Assembly: GCF_006345805.1 (NCBI RefSeq)
Contig: NC_043001.1
Location: 38,998,001 to 39,062,000, forward strand
Reading direction: 5' to 3'
Length of the DNA: 64,000 nt
Source: Octopus sinensis
Taxonomy: Eukaryota
Below are positions 1-12,505 of the stretch, piece after piece. Numbering within the stretch: the stretch's first letter is position 1; each line of letters starts with the position of its first letter. Made by a program: the position numbers and the translations under genes. The notes under the pieces were generated by a model. It did not search any database. It was not told where the DNA came from and saw only the letters and a list, made by a program, of their open reading frames with translations.

Positions 1-385
1 CCTACTAGCACAGGGCACAAGTGCCAGTAAGGCGAAGCTGGCAACAATCACGCTCATATGGTGCTCATGCCTGTCATCGAATTTCACTTTGATTTTGATT
101 TCGGTTTCGATTTCAATTGCCTCAACAGGTCTTCGCAAACAGAGATTAGTGTTCAGAGAAGAAAAGGTACGCACAAGTGGGCTGGTTACACCCCTGGCAC
201 AGGCAAACGAGGTTATGGTCTCATTTGGCTTGCCGGGTCTTCTCAAGCACAGCATATTTCCATAGGTCTCGGTCATTAGTCATTTCCTTGGTGAGGCCTA
301 AAGTTCGAAGATCGTGCTTCCCCACTTCATCCCAGGTCTTCCTGGGTCTACTTCTTCCACAGGTTCCCTCAACTGCTAGGGTGTG
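1..385 (-). mobile_element. RTE-clade LINE 3' fragment (end of ORF plus 3' UTR), 5'-truncated
   Basis: The minus strand matches the C-terminal region and 3' UTR of other RTE copies here (e.g. 27509-29402, 59938-61217). Confidence 0.7.
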
Positions 386-1654
386 GAAATATAAACTAAT
401 GAACTAATGAAATAACTAGAAATAAACATCTGTATATCTGTATATGCAAGTACATATAGAGATACTAATATGTAAACAAGATACACCCATACGTGTATGC
501 ACATGTATAAACACATAAGCAAATTTATTTCACCTTTATATTTTTATTTATTCTTTATTCCTTATTTCTGCTTACTTATTTACCTTATTTTATTTTATTT
601 ATTATGTTTTATAAATACCAACAATGTTATCCATATATAGATATCCACATACACATAATATAATCCATGTATGCATATACACGCACATGCATTCACGCAT
701 AAACAAATTTTACTTCCCCTTTATTTCTATTTTTTATTCTTATCCTATTTATTCTATATTCATTATTCTGCTACCTTATTTATTTTATTTTATTATATTA
801 TATATTTTAATCATGTACTTTTACTTTTATATAATTTAGTTGATTATTATCATTATTATTAAACTTCAATATAAATATTAATATCAAATAATGTGTGAAT
901 GAACTTTTATTGCTGCTCTTATGTATTTATGTACATTAATAAAAAACTTAGAAAGTAACATATATACACATGTAAGTTGACATATAAACCATTGGCATCC
1001 ATAATTATTGTGTGTATATATATCTGTATCTCTGTATGTGCGTCTGTGTGTGTGTGTGCGTGCGTATATGTAAATATGAGCATAGACATGCGCACACACA
1101 TATACAAACATGATCATAAACTTTATTTCTCTTTCACTTTAATATTATTTCATTTTATTCAGTAAATAATGTTCCTCTTACATAGTATAAATCATTATTC
1201 ATGATTATTGTTATTAGTAATATTGAATTTAAAAATAAATGAATATTTTTAATGCATGCGTGCACACACACATATACATAGTAAACATAAATATATTTTT
1301 GTGTATATTTGAATATTCCAGTAAATCGCTATGTAGTTCACATATTGTCCTTTTATGCACCCTGAAAATTTTCACCAAAGGCATTTAAAATGCAAAATTT
1401 ATTTATATATATAAGAGAGAGTTAATTAATTTGTTTGTCAACCAAAATGAAACTAAATGGTTCAGGGGAAGCTATTATGTTTTATCTATCTATATACATA
1501 TTAGCTGATGTACCCAGTAATTCCTGGGAAAGCAGGGCTTATCTCTTTGTTCTGTTCTTAATCCAATAAGTAGCATATGCAAAATGGTATTAAAGAAGGG
1601 TAGGAAAATATTAGATTTATAAACCCCAAAATTCACTCCATAATTACCCACGGG

Positions 1655-1910
1655 CTTATGGCATAGTGGTTAAGAGCGCGCGCAGGCTACTAACCCAAGA
1701 TTCCAAGTGACCTGAATGATAATACTAACATCAAAAACTACTCTAATGGAAGACAAGGTTTATGATATCGGGAGAATATCGCCTTCTCTCATTATATCTT
1801 GAGAACCCAGGTTCGCAATTTCCCCAAGACACCTGAGGGTATATCAGCCAAAACATTGTGTTAACAAGACAAGCAAGATGAGGACAAATATTCGTCAAAT
1901 GTAAATAATA
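1655..1910 (+). mobile_element. Probable tRNA-derived SINE
   Basis: Starts with an A-box-like tggcatagtggttaagagc; the remainder is not coding. Family not identified. Confidence 0.4.
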
Positions 1911-2139
1911 TACAGCTGCATACTGTTTAAAAGTTGATAGGTTGAAATAAATTTTACAACCTACAATTTGTATTTTTATTAAACAATTTATTTTAGAAAA
2001 ACAAAGAAAATCAACTATGTGAAGATTTTGGGGTAAAAACCAAAATTAACAAAGATGAAAAGATCGTAGTACTTTTCTGTAATGAATGTAAATAAATTAT
2101 TTTACAGGTTTGTAATAGAATTTTAAGCTTTCAACTTAC

Positions 2140-2391
2140 ATTCTACATTGATCCAATGTTTTTTATGTAATTCTCTTTTACTGCACTTGTTAGAAGCATA
2201 ACAAGTGTAAACCTCATTATTGTGTGTTCGATTGAGTTGAGAAAGTGTTAAATTTTGTGAGGTCTTGTTACTTGGATCCCACCTGTAGCTGTACTTTTCT
2301 GGATATCCATTTATTGCCTTACAATGCAAAATACCTTTGCGACCTTCAAGAAAGGGTTCATCAGTCTTGATTTCTATTGTTTTAGGTGGAT
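2140..2391 (-). CDS. Internal exon encoding an Ig-like domain of an Ig-superfamily cell-surface protein (most 3' exon in window)
   Basis: Acceptor ttccttttatacAG (plus CT 2392-2393), donor GTaagt (plus acttac 2134-2139); 252 nt, phase 1-1. Translates (Y)PPKTIEIKTDEPFLEGRKGILHCKAINGYPEKYSYRWDPSNKTSQNLTLSQLNRTHNNEVYTCYASNKCSKRELHKKHWINVE, with Ig B-strand Cys, C-strand Trp and YTC motif. Confidence 0.88.
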
Positions 2392-3289
2392 CTGTATAAA
2401 AGGAAATCAGATTATTTACGTAAATACTTGCATAAAGATATTTTATTTTTTGCTGTTACATTGGTGATTAATATTCCAAGTTGCATTAGATATAAAGTGA
2501 TGCATAAAAATGAGAAAATTTTAAATAAATTCTATTAGTATTGCAATCTTTTACACTGAAAGAAATGTCCAATACAAATTTTCAAATCCTAACCAATATA
2601 TTAGAAAATACACATCTATATAAAAAATACTTGTATCCAAGAATTTCATCAGACTACCATTTAAGTTTTGAAGATGTTGGCAAAATTTAATTAGCAAGAC
2701 ACAAAGTTTCAGGAAAAGGATGCAGAATAAAAGGCAACATTGAATATAAGTCTACATAGGTTCCACAACTACTATCATTAAATAAAATAAAATAAAAATG
2801 TGTATGATGAAATATTACATTTTTGTAAATTGGGACTGCTGATAATGATAGAATTGTAATAAAATAAGGGAAGTTTAATGTCAAACTAAAATACCACAAT
2901 ATAGGTGTTTTTAAAAAAGGAATTTATGAAAATTTGTTGGTGCAGGCTTTTCATAATGTTTTACCTACATTTTGCAAAACTTCATAAATTGCATTACATT
3001 ATTAATTTCTTTATACCTTCCTCAAAACAGATATTTTTTCCATACCTACCAGATCTCAAGAGCACAGAGTATTTCTTAATTGTGCTGTTATCTAATATCC
3101 ATTTTAATTCCCAGAGTAAAACCAAGTGGTAAGATTAGCTGTAATGGATCTATAATACTGTACATTTTGACTATTATACCTGCCCTATTAACAAATGTAA
3201 ATGGGCTTATTTTTTTCTGACATATGGATTCTTAATATGTATATATCTTCCTCAAAATAGACATGCACTATCATCATAGAGATGATGAT

Positions 3290-5930
3290 AATCATCATTG
3301 CTGCCACTACCACTATCATCTTGTGTCTGCTTTCCATGCTAGCATGACAATACGTTTTAACAAGGTCCTGCAGGCCAGAGAACCACATCTTGCTTAAAAG
3401 TCAGTTTTAGCATGCTTTATGTATACCTTTCCTAATGCCAACCACTTTACAGAGTTTACTGGGTGCTATTTTCATAGCATCAACTCTAATGAGGTTCCTT
3501 TGAAACTTGCAAGACTGAAGAGCTATTCAACTAATGGGGAAGATAAGAGATAGGGTGGATGCTTTAAGCAAGGAGTTGAGATGTTAAAGTATCACTGTGG
3601 AGGGTGGCAGAAAGATGTATGGCAACTATTTATTTTGCATCAATGGGTGGGAAGGACTGGAATGGGACTCAAGAGGTAAAAATGGTGATGACAAGGTAAC
3701 AGAACATACATGCATGGTAACATGTCCAAGAGATAAATGGAAGAGAGAAGAATACAGGAGAATAATGAAGGTTTGCGGAAAGGCTGTAAGAGTGTGAAAG
3801 GAGAGTGAGGTGGATATAAACATGAGGTGAATGAGGTCAGTAGTATATAGAAGATAAATGTAGAGAAGGGTGAACAAGGGTGGAGGTAACCAGTATGAGT
3901 GAGGTACAATTGAGAATGAGGAATGAAGGCTGATTGAGAATAGTATAGAGGAGAAGAGTGGTGATCAGCAGTACAGAGATGGCAATGGTATGGTATATAG
4001 TAGCAGGTTCTATATCAGTTTCTTACAAGAGCAGAAAAATGTAGTATATTGGGAAATGATAGAGGAATGTGTGATAGCGTGATGAGGGATAGAACTCAGG
4101 TTGCAAGTGGAGGAGACTGAGGGGATAGGATGCTGGATGTAGAATTAGAGATTGCGAGTGAGATGTGAGGACAGGATGATAGAAGTGGAGTTGAGGTTGT
4201 GAGTGAAGTGAATGTGAAAACTGAAAACCAACGAGGAAAGGAATGTAGTCATGGATGACAAAAATGAGGAATGAGTATCAATAGGAAGTGGCAGCGATCC
4301 AGAAGTTACAAATGAAGATGAGAGTTTAAGATGGATATTAACAAGGGTGAGGTAGGGATTGTCAATTGTTACAATGAGGAGAATGGAAGTGGCTTGAAGG
4401 GGGAACTCTGTTGTCTGGATAGATGGGGGAGACGACCAGGTGCATAGTGTACATATATATATATATTACGCTTTGAGAGCCTTAGCCATGATGTGCAATC
4501 ATAGGAAGGTAAATCATGTTGAGTACTGCATATCACTAATCAACTTGGTTTGTCATCTCTTCCATGAGTGCCAGCATCCTGAGATCAGCCTTCACTACCT
4601 CATCCCATGTCTTTCTCTCACACAGGTTTCATCTACTGTGAGTGATCATTACTTTTATATACAACTGTCTTTATCCATACATATTACATACCCAAACTAA
4701 TGTATACTACATTTAATTCTTGGCCACTTGTTCTCTCAACACATATGTATTCCATCAATCTTTCACACTAACATTGCATATCTAGTGGAGCATGTATGCT
4801 TTATTTATTTCTAGTCTTTTCAGGTCCTCCACATTCAAGGCTCATGTCTCACTATCATGGAGCATTTCAAGTTGAAAAAAGCATCATAAAGTCAGCTTTT
4901 CACACTGAGAGAAAAACTTTATGTTTATGACAGAAGTAATAAATCCATGGACTTTCTCTACTCAGATTTTACATTGGCTACTACACTTTGAGAACAATTT
5001 CCACCAATACTGTTTTGATCACCTAGATAACAAAAGCTCTCTATTACATCTAGAAATATTCCTGGGCTTTTGAAGGCTTCATTTCTCATGTTCACTTAAA
5101 GTTTATTGCTCCAGCACACCTGCTATATACAATGTCCACTTTGTCAACCTACCCATAATTCCATTGTATCTCTTGCACATACACAGTTTGCACTGGATAC
5201 ACTATATCAACTTTCCACCCATTTCTTTTTTTACATATGAAACAAGGTAATTATCCAGATGGATGAAGGGTCTTGTATGTTTTCTGATTTCCTAAGATTT
5301 GAATGTTTACCAAGGTAATGAGGCCCTTTGATTCCATGCTTTGCTTTCACACCTGTAATGTTTTCCCAGTCTTACTCCAGATTCAGCCATAAAAAGGAGA
5401 ACATGAGCAAATAAGAATTCCTGTAGACACCTAATCTTAAACTCCCCTGGAGGTCTTTGATAAATAGAAAGAGATTAAGCACTGATGGTATCCTACCTAC
5501 ACACTAAAGTCATCACTGTACTCATTGCTATTTCTCATATTGCTGACAATACACCTGTATATGGATTGTATGGCTCACATAAGCCATTCTTATACTCCTA
5601 GCTTCATCAATAATTACTAGATCCCCAAATGAGTAACCTTTGTCAAAGGCTTTCTCTAGGTCAACAGGTTCTTCACTTGTTGACTCACTAGGAATATGAT
5701 ATCAGTACTTCTTTTTCCAGAACAAAACTGAACTGCATCTCATCTAGTTTAACTGTCAATTATCAACAGAGCCATAACTCTTTTTCTGACTTTAATGAAC
5801 TAGTCCAGTAATTTGATATCCCTCTAATTACTGATCTCTTTTCCTAAATAAAATTTAAAGAGCTCCCAGATATTTAGCCATAAGTCTTTAAATCTTTAAA
5901 CTGTTTCAACTTCAAAGTTGTGGTCATGCT
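3290..5930 (-). mobile_element. Degenerate RTE LINE with long CT-rich 3' UTR
   Basis: 3' terminal motif near 3290-3500, then a purine-rich (plus) tract 3530-4430 resembling the 3' UTR at 58050-58700, then decayed RT-region similarity 4530-5900. Confidence 0.55.
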
Positions 5931-6245
5931 GGGGTACTATTTATAATGGCATTTGACCATAAGTTTATTTCCTCTGTATATTCAACTTGCATGATAAAAC
6001 TACACAAATTCCAACAATGCAATTAGATACATAGTTCCAGAAGAATAAAACAACGCTCACCTGGTTTGGAATCACAGGATATTATTTATTTTTTCCTTTA
6101 CTCAAAAACCTACAGCCAAACCAACCAACATATACAAAAGACTAAAATCTTACAGTTAAAATTTTTTTTTCATATTTGAATTAAAAAAAGAAAATGATAA
6201 AAACAGAAGATAAAAATTTTCAAAAGATGCTTCATGTATACTCAC

Positions 6246-6497
6246 AATGAATAGTTAAATTCTTTTCACGAGACACATTTGCAGCAATATGAATGCCTCG
6301 ACACTTGACTGTTTGATGAGATTTGGAAGGTATTACATTAATTTCAACTTCTTCTTTACTAGTATTTGAGTATTTTTCATACTCCAGGGTTACACTTGCT
6401 GGTGGATTACCACCTTTCCAACTGCAGCGGAATTTGGTTGGAGTATCAACACATACTTTTCCTCCAGAAACATCTAGTATCATATTTTCTGGAGAAT
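6246..6497 (-). CDS. Internal exon encoding an Ig-like (C2-type) domain
   Basis: Acceptor ttcatAG (plus CT 6498-6499), donor GTgagt (plus actcac 6240-6245); 252 nt, phase 1-1. Translates (Y)SPENMILDVSGGKVCVDTPTKFRCSWKGGNPPASVTLEYEKYSNTSKEEVEINVIPSKSHQTVKCRGIHIAANVSREKNLTIH; the C-x3-GGNPPA motif is typical of nephrin/SYG-like domains. Joins in frame to the 2391 exon. Confidence 0.88.
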
Positions 6498-6671
6498 CTA
6501 TGAATTTCAGAACATAAAGAGTTAAAAGAAAAACAAACAAAATCAAATTAGTGCACTTAATAAAAGAACAAAAAAGAAATAAAGAAAAAACAAACCAGAA
6601 GTATATTTTGAAGAAAATTAGCAATTTTTCAAAATTTTTTAAATATGTTTCTAATAATAAAGATTTGAACA

Positions 6672-8190
6672 TTGGTCACATTTGTAATAAATCAGGTACA
6701 ATTTTGAGAGGAGGGGCTATGTCAATATCAATGACCCAAGATGGGTTCTCTTTTTTACTGGCCTTGAAGAAATGGAAGTCAATGTCAATTTCAATAGAAT
6801 TTGAACTCAGAATGTAAACAGGCCTAACTAAATAATGCATTGTATTTTGTCCCATCCTCTGCTGATGCTGCTTATTTACCACATTAATTACTTTGGATTT
6901 TAGGGCAGTGAGCGGGCAGAACTATTAGCATACCAGGCAAAATGCTTAGTGGCATTTCAACCAACTTTAGATTCTGAGGTCAAATTTTGCTGAGATGAAC
7001 TTTGCATTTCATCCTTCCAGGGTCAATAAAATAAGTACCAAGTAGGACACTGGAGTCAACGTAATCAACTTACTCCAACTCCTAAAATTGCAGGCCTTGT
7101 GCCAAAATATGGAACCAATAATTACTTTTGGTTTTTGCAAAAGGTCAGCAATTTCGAGGTGAAGTGTGTTAGCTGATAACATCAACCACCTGACTTTATT
7201 TCTTTATTTTTATCAACATTGGAAGGACTAAGGGTGAATTTAATCTCACTAGGAAATGAATGTGAATATTGCAACACATCTTGTTTGACACATCTTGTCT
7301 GTCAGATTGATACCATAATAATAATAATAATAACAATAATGATAATAATATAAAACTAAAGGCACAAGGCCTGGAATCTGGTGGGAGGGGACTAGTTAAT
7401 TACATCAACCCCAGTATTTCACTGGTACTTAATTTATCAACTCCAAAAGGATGAAAGGCAAAGTCAACCTCTGAGGAATTTGAACTCAGAACATAGGAAT
7501 GGGTGAAATACTGCTAAACATTTTGCCTGGTGTGCCAATGATTCAGCCAGCTTGCCATCTTGAATAACAATAACCCTATTATAGGCACAAGGTCTGAAAT
7601 TTTGAGGGAGGTGGGGGTTAGCCAATTACAATGAGACCCTTGTCATCTGCAAAGATGAAAGACAACCTCGTGCCATTTGAATTCAGAATATAAAGACAAA
7701 TGAAATGTCGCTAAGCATTTTGTTTAGCATGCTAATGGTCCTGTCAGTTCACCGCCTTAACAATAATAATAATGATTTCAAATTCTGGCTCAAAGTCAGC
7801 AATTTTGAGGGAGGGGCATGGTGATTACATCTATCCCAGGGTTCAACTGGTACTTATTTTATCAACCTCGAAAAGTTGAAAGGTAAAGTTGACCTCAGCA
7901 AAATTTGAACTCAAAACATACAAATGGATGAAATGTTGCTAGGAATTTTGCCTGGTGTGCTTACAATTCTGCTAGCTTACTGCCACAATAATAATAATAA
8001 TGATAATAATAATAATGATAATAATAATAATGGTGACAGTTAGACAATTTTCCAGGAATTAGTCAATATCACCAATATTATATAATTTTATTTTGTTTTA
8101 TCAACACCAAAAGAGTGAAAGGTACACCTGACCATTGCAAGAATAGAACTCAGTACATAAAGTGTTGGAACAAACACCACAAAGCCTTTT
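6672..8190. mobile_element. Cluster of about seven tRNA-like SINE copies separated by (AAT)n tracts
   Basis: Copies at ~6672-6880(-), 6905-7120(+), 7125-7290(-), 7356-7560(-), 7575-7757(-), 7772-7985(-), 8030-8190(-) share gaatttgaactcagaa / gatgaaaggcaaagtcaacct cores with the better-preserved copy at 44822-45047. Confidence 0.75.
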
Positions 8191-8389
8191 TCTAATGCTT
8201 CAAAGATTCTGCTAATTTGCTACATTAACAACAACAGCTACAATTTCTTTCATTTGAAAGCTGGGTGATGGATGAGGGAGACAATACACAAAGATGAAGA
8301 TAAAATGTGGTGATTTAAATAGAATTGCATGATAAAAATGTGTAGAAAACATACACAGTAAAAATACAAAAAAAGGTAAGATGTATACA

Positions 8390-9630
8390 TAGTTGTTGGC
8401 ACCACTCATGTACAGATTTGGTTCATCTGATGCCTCCACAATGCTTAAACTTGACATGGCTCAGAAGGCCAAGTCAGGAATGGAACAACCTCAGGCATTG
8501 ACTGCATGGCAGGGTGGGTGTGGACTTGGCTGGAGTTGTCAGGCCTTGCATTGCCTTCTTTTGCTTCCTCTTCAGTCTTTCTCCTCAAAAGTGGAACAAC
8601 TGAAATGAATTGCTCTTTGCCAAGGTGGACAGTTGACAATTTCAGTTTCCAGGTATTAAGGGTGATTGCAGCTTGAAGGATAGAAGACTTCAGTTGTTCT
8701 TTGAATCTGCAGTTTGGGGGTCTTCAATGCCATTGACGAACTCACTGTAGAGGATGGGACTGTTCAGATGATATATGTCTTGACCACTTGAGGCAATGCT
8801 TGAGGATGGCAACTTCAATGCTTGGCATTTCTGAATGATCGAGGACTTTGTAGATGACGTGTCAGTCCTGCCATTTGATATTGAGGATCTGTTAAAGCTT
8901 AGCTGGTTGGAAATGCTCAAACTTTTTCAAGTCTTTTCAATACAGAGTCCATGTCTCACATGTGTAGAGCAAGGTGAAGATGACAAGGACATGGAACACC
9001 ATGAATTTTGTTCAGAGAGGGAGCCTGTGGTTGTTGAATACTTGCTTGCTGTGTCTTCTAAAAGCTAAATGAGTGGATTTGATTCTGTGGTCGATGTCCC
9101 TTTTGTATGGTCCAGATTGTGAGAGAGTGCTGCTGAGGTACTGGAAATAACTGATGACTTCCAGTGGTGCCCCCTTTGTTGACAGTAGCTTCTAGTATTT
9201 CTTGTCCAGGAACAGACTACACAAGTATTTTCATTTTATCCTCATTCACTTCCATCCCAAAGCAATGGTAGGCTTCTAAGACAAGAGTCAAACAGAGCTG
9301 GAGGTCAACAACAGAGGCGATAGGAGTAGCACTGTCATTTGTGTACTGGAACTTCTTGATGCTGCTATTTGATGTTCAAGTTTTGGATCTTAGGCGTGCA
9401 AGGTTATAGAGTCTGCTATGCAGGTGATAGCGGATATTGACACTGAGAGAGTCATGTGGGATTTCATTGAGCATCACCATCAGGTTGAAGGAGAACAAGG
9501 TAAGAGCCAAGATGCAGCCTTCTTTCAGACCTCTGGAGATGGAGAATGATTCAGAAAGGGCATTTAGTTTGCAAACATCCTACCATGCTATCATAGAGAT
9601 ATGAGATCTCACATTGGTGATCGGTCCAGC
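8390..9630 (-). mobile_element. Degenerate LINE of a second RTE lineage (RT and C-terminal region)
   Basis: Minus strand reads KGCILALTLFSFNL...NIRYHLHSRLYNLARLRSKT, matching the RTE QGC(V/I)LAPTLF...IRYR..GKLFNLRRL pattern; many stops and frameshifts. Confidence 0.6.
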
Positions 9631-9639
9631 AATCTATTT

Positions 9640-10625
9640 GTTTGTACACTGACCACTGAAAATACTCAATAAAATTGATAATATTTCAGGTTTTGCTTGT
9701 TATTGACCATTCTGCACATAACAGTTAACTTATTTTCTAAAAATGGATTGGTGAGAGTCAACTTGGTGGTGTATTGGCTCTGTATTGGCAATCCACGTAT
9801 TATTTCACTGTGATGTCTACATGTCCTTATAAAAAGCAAAGTTTGTTTGTTTCTAGGTTGACCACTGAAAACACTAAATAAAATTGGCAACATTTCAGGA
9901 TTTTCGTATCATTTGAATTAATTTGACCATTCTGCAGATAACTGTGCACTTATTTTCTGAAAACGGAATGAAAAGGGGACAAGTAGGAGGTATACTGGCT
10001 CCTATTTCTAGCAATTCACATACAGTCTATTTCACTATTATGACTGCTGAAAATACTAAATAAAATTGATAGTATTTCTGGTTTTGTGTGTCAAAGTGGC
10101 TGAGTTCCTTTCAAGTGTTGGGCCTCACGGAGGCAATGACCAAGACCTTTGGCATTATGTTGTGCTTGAGAAGAAGACCCATCAAGCCAAGCAAAATCAC
10201 AGATGCAGCAGATACCAGTGTCACACTAACTGGCACCTGTGCCAGTGGCTCATAAACACACCCACGTGTCATGCCAGTGGCAAGTAAAAGCACCCATTAC
10301 ACACTCAGACTGGTTGGCGTTATGAAGGGCATCCAGCAGTAGAAAACGATGCCAAATCAGACTGGAGTCTGGTGCAGCCTTCCAGCATACCAGCCCAGTC
10401 AAACCATCCAACCCATGCCAGCACGGCCAATGGATATTAAATGATGATGATGATTCCGCACATAACTGTACACTTATTTTCTGAAAATAGATGGGGGTGA
10501 CTTGGTGGTGTATTGGCTCCTATTTCTAGCAATCTACATACTATTTCACTGTAAAAAAACAAAGCTTGTTTGTTTTTACACTGACCATTGTAAACAATAA
10601 ATATAAAAAGCAAAGTTTGTTTGTT
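9640..10625. repeat. Degenerate ~200-bp tandem repeat (about 3 units plus a partial), third unit interrupted by an RTE 3' end
   Basis: Recurring blocks gaccactgaaaatactcaataaaattg, ttgaccattctgcacataac, cacttattttctgaaaa and gtattggctc; units start at ~9650, ~9860 and ~10040, the last resuming at 10454. Confidence 0.7.
10090..10453 (+). mobile_element. RTE 3' terminal fragment with (ATG)n tail
   Basis: Contains ggttggcgttatgaagggcatccagcagtagaaa and ends in atgatgatgatgat, like the other RTE 3' ends. Confidence 0.75.
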
Positions 10626-11599
10626 TATGTAGTGAAAAAATACATTTGTTAATATAGATATGTATATACATTAATACCTAATACATTATTCATCATTATC
10701 TCATTTGAATTTCGTTTTCATGTATTATCAGTTTTCATGTTACATTTGATAACATCTATAAACAAGATTTTTTTCCTTGGTAGCAACTGTTATTTCCTAT
10801 ATACTTACCCCTAGAAAGTATAAAAAATGGCTTATATTCCTTTCAAACTTTGCTTTTGTTACATTTATTCAAACCCCAAAGAATCCCTCTCAACACATGG
10901 CTATAATGCTCCACCACTACTCCAGCTCACAATTAGAGATGCACAGATTGTCAACCAATAACAGGCATGCTCAAGTGATAAAGATCAAGCAAATGACAAG
11001 CAAATATGTGGTATCAAGCAGATTATATGTTACAACAATATTTCTGCTTCAGCAGCTCAGCAGTAAATTAGTCTGAAGTTAAAAATATTTTTCATAATTC
11101 ACATCGTTTCCAGGCAACAATCAACTCCAACTTACAATTTTCTATTAAAAATTTACACACAAACACATACATATGTATCTATATGTATCTATATACATAC
11201 ATGCATATAAATATGTATGTATATGTAGCACTTGTCACTATGTCAAAATTATTCTATTGACCTGTGAACTGTTTTCATGAGTGCATAATATATGGATACA
11301 CGTAATGCATATAAACATTGTGGACCCACGTGCATGTCACTACTAGTAATGCATGCTTCATGTATGCACTTATGCATACAAGTGTATGTCTCTATATATA
11401 TGTGTGTACAATGTGATGATAGTTATAATTTAGAAATGTATATTATCATGATGTGCACAGCTACTTCTCTATTGCCAAAGACTAATTGTTGCCTTAATAA
11501 TAATAATGTCAAAGACTTCCAATTTACCTGAAACCTCCACCATAGTTGCATATCCACAAAAGATAATCAGAACCGATGGAAATTTTAATTGTTATCTAT

Positions 11600-12503
11600 G
11601 TTGCAACCTGTACCTGTACCTGCTAACTCTAGGCTGCAGGACCCATTATATTCAAGCAAGCAAATGCTAAGATCCTGATTTTGCAAAGAAACAACTTCCC
11701 TCCCAGGCTTCCTAGATTCACAAGCTCAGAGCTGCCACAATCAATGTCAGAACAAGGAAAGGTACGTCTGGTGAGATTGTTGAAATGCTTGAGTGGAGGC
11801 ATGTGGATGCAAGAGGTATGATGAAAGTGAGCCTCAACTAGACTGCTCACAAACCAAAATAGAAAAGGAGGTTATGGAAGCTCAAGTATCCTTCAAATGG
11901 GCAAAGACTTTAGAGATGTTCTTAATGAAACCTTTCATGAGTAGGTAGAGATGGAGTCATGCAACATAGAGGACAATTGGGAGTTCTTATGGGACAATCA
12001 ACAAAATGTGACAGATCAAACCTATGATTGGAGCAAAGTTTCTTTCTCTCAGACCAAGGTTGACAAAGTGGTGAAACAGTGAGATTGATGGAGTTATAAA
12101 AGAGAAGAGGCAGTCTTGGAAATAATGGAAGAGTGTGGGTACTAAAGAAACATACCAGATAGCTAAAAAAGAAGCAAGGCGTCAGGTATATTGGCTTGGG
12201 CAGAAACAGAAAGGGAGAGTTTTGCCAATGTTTTACAGTGTGAAGATCAGAGATTTGAGGTATTTCAGATTGCTAGACCGTGTGTTAGAGAGAAACAAGA
12301 TGTTGTGGGGAGAAGGATGTACCAACAGATAATGGTACGCTTGCTCTTAGTGATCCTGAAAAGAAAGTGGCATAGAAAAGTTATTATGAAAGACTATTAA
12401 ATGTGGACAATGAATGGAAGAAAGAGAGTCTCCGTCATGTGAACCCAACACAGGGACCATCTATCCTAGTTGACAGTAGCATGATACATAAGGCAATTAA
12501 AGA
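11600..12503 (+). mobile_element. Internally deleted RTE fragment (endonuclease start to pre-RT region), cut by a mariner
   Basis: tctggtgagattgttgaaatgcttgagtggagg matches the APE N-terminus at 38360-38410; similarity ends at gcaattaaaga, directly before the mariner TA. Confidence 0.6.
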
Positions 12504-12505
12504 TA

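Noticed and set aside
421-1270. ~200-bp AT-rich quasi-tandem similarity and hydrophobic ORFs
   Set aside because: Low-complexity TA/CA/TTA sequence; the similarity is explained by composition.
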